Shown: one piece after another, positions 38,085 through 39,501 of the stretch | Position numbering within the stretch: position 1 is the stretch's first letter | Layout of the letters: each line of letters starts with the position of its first letter | Assembly: GCA_044356295.1 (NCBI GenBank) | Contig: JBIKWN010000018.1 | Span: 1-39,501 of the forward strand | Direction of reading: 5' to 3' | Origin: Bdellovibrionota bacterium | Lineage (GTDB): Bacteria; Bdellovibrionota_C; UBA2361; JBIKWN01 | Length of the DNA: 39,501 nt | The notes under the pieces: model-generated | What the model saw: only the letters and a program-made list of their open reading frames with translations | Databases searched by the model: none | Told to the model about the DNA's origin: nothing | Made by a program: the position numbers and the translations under genes

Positions 38085-39245
38085 TTACTTTCCCCCCATC
38101 ATCTGCTTTAGTGTCATAGCAATTTCATCTGCATTAGATGATTCACTTACACGTACAACTTTATTTGTATTTTTTGTAAGTAATAAAACTGCAGGAAGAC
38201 TTCCGCCGCTCATCGAGCCAAAAGTTTTTCCACCATTTTGAACTGGTATTGATATTCCACTTTTATCTGAAAATGAAAGTAATTCTGAAGTAGTAAGATT
38301 TAAACCACTTAGCGCAGAGAAAGTTACATTTGGATTCTGAGAAAACTTTTTATATAATTTTTCAACATCTTTTGCTCTTTCATAAGATGCATTTTGTGAG
38401 TTATCAAAAAAGAACAGAACAGATACTTCTCCTTTTGGATCAACTGGAATATCTGATTGATTTGAAACATCTCGAATTTGGCTACCCTCTTCTATTTGGG
38501 CTTCACGAATCATTCGTTGTGCTTTCGGATCAAGCCCTGCTACAGAAAGCTCTTTCTTACTCTCTGCAGAAAGTAAGTCATCTTCAAGAAGTTTTACATA
38601 AGGATTATCTTGAACATTTCCAGGACGAATTCCTTCACGCTCAACAGCTAACTCTTGCAGTTGAACAGTTCTGCCAACACGGTCAGACATGTTACGCATG
38701 TAGCGAACATATTGACGTGCATACTGGTAAGCTAGTTTATCGTTTCCAGAATCCATTGCAGCCATCATTCCTTTGAATGGAGTTGGCGCTTTGTCATCAG
38801 GGGTTAATGGAGATTCTTCGTTTGGATTTCCGTAGAATGCAAGTAACTGATCAGGTGATGCTTTTCTTGTGTCGAATGGTGGTTGTTTTGTTGCATCAAG
38901 TGGTTTGCCATTTTGGTTTTGCAATCCTACTTGTTGGATAAGTGGATCTTGGGTAGGACGATCTTTTTTCTCTTTATAAAAACCAACATCAGGTGATTCT
39001 GATTTTTCAGGCTCTTTTGCAAATACAGTGGTTGCTGCACCTTCATTGAACCAAACAGTTTCAGAAGGAAAAAATCCGTTCGTGTCTTTTTCGTTTTCAA
39101 CGCCGTCTTTCCCGCGGGCTTCGCGGTATTCTGGAAGCTCTGCCTGGACGGTGGTGGTAGCGATCGAAAAAAACCCAGCAATAATCGCCAGGGCAATCGC
39201 CCTAACACATTGAAATTGCAGTGTATTTTTATATTTCTGCTCCAT
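38085..39245 (-). CDS. secreted thioredoxin-fold protein, TraF-like (no CXXC)
   Basis: Signal peptide (..VQA/E), ARQYVRYMRNMSDR helix, C-terminal VLFFFDNSQNAS...LPAVLLL thioredoxin-like fold; traF-traH-traG gene order. Confidence 0.5.
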   Translation of the reverse strand: MEQKYKNTLQFQCVRAIALAIIAGFFSIATTTVQAELPEYREARGKDGVENEKDTNGFFPSETVWFNEGAATTVFAKEPEKSESPDVGFYKEKKDRPTQDPLIQQVGLQNQNGKPLDATKQPPFDTRKASPDQLLAFYGNPNEESPLTPDDKAPTPFKGMMAAMDSGNDKLAYQYARQYVRYMRNMSDRVGRTVQLQELAVEREGIRPGNVQDNPYVKLLEDDLLSAESKKELSVAGLDPKAQRMIREAQIEEGSQIRDVSNQSDIPVDPKGEVSVLFFFDNSQNASYERAKDVEKLYKKFSQNPNVTFSALSGLNLTTSELLSFSDKSGISIPVQNGGKTFGSMSGGSLPAVLLLTKNTNKVVRVSESSNADEIAMTLKQMMGGK

Positions 39246-39255
39246 CCCTTTAAAC

Positions 39256-39282
39256 CTATCGGCTAGTTTGGGGAAAAACTTC
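39256..39282 (-). promoter_or_regulatory. sigma28/FliA-like promoter
   Basis: Minus strand GAAG-tttttccccaaacta(15)-GCCGATAG versus consensus TAAA-N15-GCCGATAA; 10 nt upstream of ATG 39245. Confidence 0.55.
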
Positions 39283-39460
39283 CGCTTTTCCTCTTAAGGT
39301 AATCAGGATAAGTGCTGGTTTTGCTTCACAAAAAAAGGGGATTCTTGTCTTTGTAACTTATTGTATTTATTCATGATATTAATTTTATTGAAATCATTTA
39401 AGGTGTCCACCTTTGGGAGTACTACTGTCCGGTAGAAAGTAATTGAAGACATTTTTAGTA

Positions 39461-39487
39461 ACGCGAAGGTCGCGAAGTACGCGAAGG
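39461..39487. repeat. 9-bp tandem repeat x3
   Basis: acgcgaagg tcgcgaagt acgcgaagg. Confidence 0.7.
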
Positions 39488-39501
39488 ATTAGATGTAATC
39501 C

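Noticed and set aside
2114..39213. Numerous short ORFs in the track overlapping longer genes (e.g. 2744..3229, 7849..8196, 23333..23719, 38330..38776)
   Set aside because: Antisense or alternate-frame shadows of well-supported genes, with no motifs of their own.
1..39501. tRNA genes, transposases, prophage genes
   Set aside because: None recognised by eye; tRNAscan-SE and HMM searches would be needed to exclude them.

Overview
An AT-rich bacterial chromosomal window. Gene content (zinc-ribbon/DUF3426 protein, TonB-C-like protein, four-helix-bundle cassette) suggests a deltaproteobacterial/Bdellovibrionota-like organism, which is an inference. (1) 1-12.4 kb is mostly housekeeping: partial terC-like gene, scpA-scpB-rluB, rlmB, tatA, a TonB-like gene, a HAD hydrolase, a Zn-dependent dehydrogenase and glpD. 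Two small insertions sit among them: a frameshifted four-helix-bundle gene flanked by hexamer-built inverted repeats, and a DUF4160/DUF2442 pair. (2) 12.4-17.9 kb is an accessory array starting exactly at the glpD stop codon. Gene blocks (two AAA_14/DUF4143 ATPases, a metallophosphoesterase plus an orphan, an unannotated CXXCXGXG zinc-finger ORF) are separated by copies of an ~82-bp element with TAGGGGACGCTCACCTT terminal inverted repeats. (3) 18-20.4 kb holds two orphan genes. (4) 20.5-39.2 kb is a co-oriented minus-strand block. It is headed by divergent traF-/traH-/traG-like genes behind a sigma28-like promoter, followed by six large proteins without signal peptides and with effector-like traits (HPD-less J-domain, papain/calpain-like protease motifs, triple PDZ, hydrophobic translocator-like segments). 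Three of these six, plus the phosphoesterase, share an ACA-N16-YATAWCYAT upstream motif. The best candidates for an undescribed system are (a) an F-type T4SS-derived module with a co-regulated putative effector suite and (b) the repeat-delimited cassette array. All family assignments are by eye from motifs; no searches were run.
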